This document shows, in pieces, positions 16,836 through 18,399 of a DNA stretch of 18,399 nucleotides. The DNA is from an uncultured bacterium (lineage in GTDB: Bacteria; Caldisericota; Caldisericia; B22-G15): contig CBFDTJ010000025.1 in NCBI GenBank assembly GCA_965612865.1, positions 1-18,399 of the forward strand. The letters are read 5' to 3'. The notes under the pieces were generated by a model that ran no database searches, had not been told where the DNA came from, and saw only the letters and a program-made list of their open reading frames with translations. Position numbers and translations under genes: made by a program. Every line of letters begins with the position of its first letter. Within the stretch, counting starts at the first letter, position 1.

Positions 16836-18398
16836 TTAAGGTCTTATAATCTTTATTCTATCACCTTCCTTAATCTCTGTTATATGCACTAAACTCCTTC
16901 CCTTTCCCAGGTAGAAAGATAAATTCCCATTTCTTTTTCCTTTTAGAAAAAAATAGAGATTTAATCTGTCCACCTCTTTTCCATTATAAAACAGAGGAAT
17001 CTCTATATCAAAATCGTCAAATCTTATTTTCGCTTTTTCTTTCTCTAATTTGATTCCCTTTACAGTTAAATATTTTCCTTTAACGTATCTTCTGCCAAAT
17101 CTTATTTTTCCATAGAACTTGGTTATCTCTTCTAAGGAATTTACCTTTTTTAGATCAGAACCATATTTAACTATCCTTGAAATGGTAACAGGTTTATTTA
17201 AGAACAGCTTGAGCGTTATTTCTCTTATATTCATTTTCTTTTTATTCATAAGTGATAACAAAAACTCAGAAAACCTGTTTATTGATGGGGGTCTTATAGG
17301 TGCTAATGTGAGAGAGAGGAATTTCTCTATTTTTTTAATGTTTGCTTTACCTTTGACCACCCTCTTAAGATAATTAATTCTACTTCGGACCTTTCTAAGT
17401 ATTTTTAATTTTAACTTTTCCTCCTCGCTCTTGTTTCCCTTTCTTAAATTTTTAATGTGTTTTCTAAGTCCCTTTTCTCTGATTTTTAATTTTTCAAGTT
17501 CTTTATATCTTCCAAAATCAATTATTTCTTTAACTCCATTTACCATTTCCTCAAAGGTCATCCCTGTATCCTGTGGGGTTTTTACAAGCACTGTGGATAG
17601 AATTTCATCCGGTTTTAATGGATGCGGGTAAATTTTTTCTGTTTTTTTCACAAAGACTTCATTCACTATTTCTCCTTCTATGCTGTGCAATTTAAGAAAG
17701 AGTTTATCAATTCCCTGCCCGATTAGAAAGAAGCTTGTATCTTCTATGGAAAAGATTTCGTTTCCAAAGGCAATCTCTTCTTCAATCCTTCTTTTTTCTT
17801 TTCTCCCTGTTTTTAGAAACTTTAAGTTTACATCAAATATAGTTTCGGGAAAAGGATAACCAAAGTAAAGATAGTCAAAGAGTAATGCCTTGAATATTGA
17901 GCTCACTGCATAGGAGTGGGAAAAGAGGTCTATGTCATTTGCTCCTCTTCTTGTATCTGATATCCCTTCCTTAAGGAAAAGCTTTAAACCCCATATTATC
18001 TTATCTCTCTTTAGTTCCTTAAAGAATAAGTCAACGAATTTCTCAAGTCTTATTCTTAAGTAAGATAATCTAACATAATCCACCCTTTTTTCCTTTAAAA
18101 AGAAGTCCGAAAGGAAGGTTTCATTAAATTCCTGTTTACCTGAATTCGGGGGATTTGATGAATCAAATCTATCAGCTATTTGAAGTAGTTTAATGAAAGG
18201 ATTTTTATCAAATGTTCTGCATTTTTCCTTAAGTTTACATCTTTCACATCCATGATGTGCACAGATAAAATGTATTGGAGCAATACCATCTGAGATTAAA
18301 TCAATTCCGCTAAATTTTTCTTTTAGGGGAGTAAAAAGGAATTTTCTTAGATTTGGTGGAAAAGGGTCCTTGAGTATTAAGACAGCGTGGGAGTCTTT
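16836..18398 (-). CDS. 5'-truncated HD-domain protein resembling a shortened Csx11 (type III-C Cas10-like)
   Basis: The frame stays open 105 codons upstream of the ORF-track GTG at 18083, adding KDSHAVL...FICAHHGCERCKLKEKC...LLQIADRFDSSNPPNSGKQEFNETFLSDFFLKE. Downstream it has SDTRRGANDIDLFSHSYAVSSIFKALL, IEEEIAFGNEIF and LVHITEIKEGDRIKIIRP, which resemble Csx11 motifs as I recall them. Confidence 0.7.
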   Translation of the reverse strand, partial: KDSHAVLILKDPFPPNLRKFLFTPLKEKFSGIDLISDGIAPIHFICAHHGCERCKLKEKCRTFDKNPFIKLLQIADRFDSSNPPNSGKQEFNETFLSDFFLKEKRVDYVRLSYLRIRLEKFVDLFFKELKRDKIIWGLKLFLKEGISDTRRGANDIDLFSHSYAVSSIFKALLFDYLYFGYPFPETIFDVNLKFLKTGRKEKRRIEEEIAFGNEIFSIEDTSFFLIGQGIDKLFLKLHSIEGEIVNEVFVKKTEKIYPHPLKPDEILSTVLVKTPQDTGMTFEEMVNGVKEIIDFGRYKELEKLKIREKGLRKHIKNLRKGNKSEEEKLKLKILRKVRSRINYLKRVVKGKANIKKIEKFLSLTLAPIRPPSINRFSEFLLSLMNKKKMNIREITLKLFLNKPVTISRIVKYGSDLKKVNSLEEITKFYGKIRFGRRYVKGKYLTVKGIKLEKEKAKIRFDDFDIEIPLFYNGKEVDRLNLYFFLKGKRNGNLSFYLGKGRSLVHITEIKEGDRIKIIRP

Positions 18399-18399
18399 T

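Noticed and set aside
897..17631. Short antisense or alternate-frame ORFs in the track (e.g. 897-1202, 1972-2400, 3614-3967, 6075-6545, 8771-9061, 13147-13563, 15305-15652, 17119-17373)
   Set aside because: They lie within or almost within well-supported genes, show the Ser/Phe/Ile-rich composition typical of antisense frames, and have no recognisable motifs.
18081..18083. GTG at 18083 as the start of the last ORF
   Set aside because: The frame is open to the window edge and the upstream part contains the HD-like motifs.
16179..18398. SAM-AMP or cyclic oligoadenylate signalling by the Cas10-like protein
   Set aside because: No GGDD palm motif is visible, and there is no CorA, CARF or SAVED effector in the window.
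16836..18399. CRISPR array or other cas genes near the Csx11-like gene
   Set aside because: I saw no repeat-spacer pattern and no RAMP, Cas1, Cas2 or Cas6-like ORF in the window; sequence beyond 18399 is unknown.

Overview
This looks like the end of a metagenomic contig from an AT-rich bacterium; positions 1-34 are an untrimmed Nextera/Tn5 adapter. From left to right it holds: the 3' end of an unknown ORF; a guaB-guaA operon (minus strand, IMPDH lacking CBS domains); a minus-strand two-gene surface-protein operon; tRNA-Gln(CTG); a tightly coupled plus-strand operon (rpsO, pnp, M16 peptidase, RNase J, pyruvate/oxaloacetate carboxyltransferase, DUF362 Fe-S protein, small K+ channel); and, on the minus strand, a SAM methyltransferase preceded by a 5'-truncated ORF. 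The surface operon encodes a 1220-aa secreted protein (six Cys-rich beta-sandwich repeats, two GEVED domains, cohesin-like and dockerin-like modules) and a cohesin-SLH anchor. The last ORF stays open to the window edge (at least 520 aa). It carries HD-nuclease-like motifs and several motifs I recall from Csx11, the type III-C Cas10-like protein, but it appears strongly shortened, has no GGDD, and has no CRISPR array or other cas gene in view. The two best leads are this miniature Csx11/Cas10-like protein and the non-cellulosomal cohesin-dockerin-SLH surface assembly. All family calls come from motif recognition by eye, not database searches.
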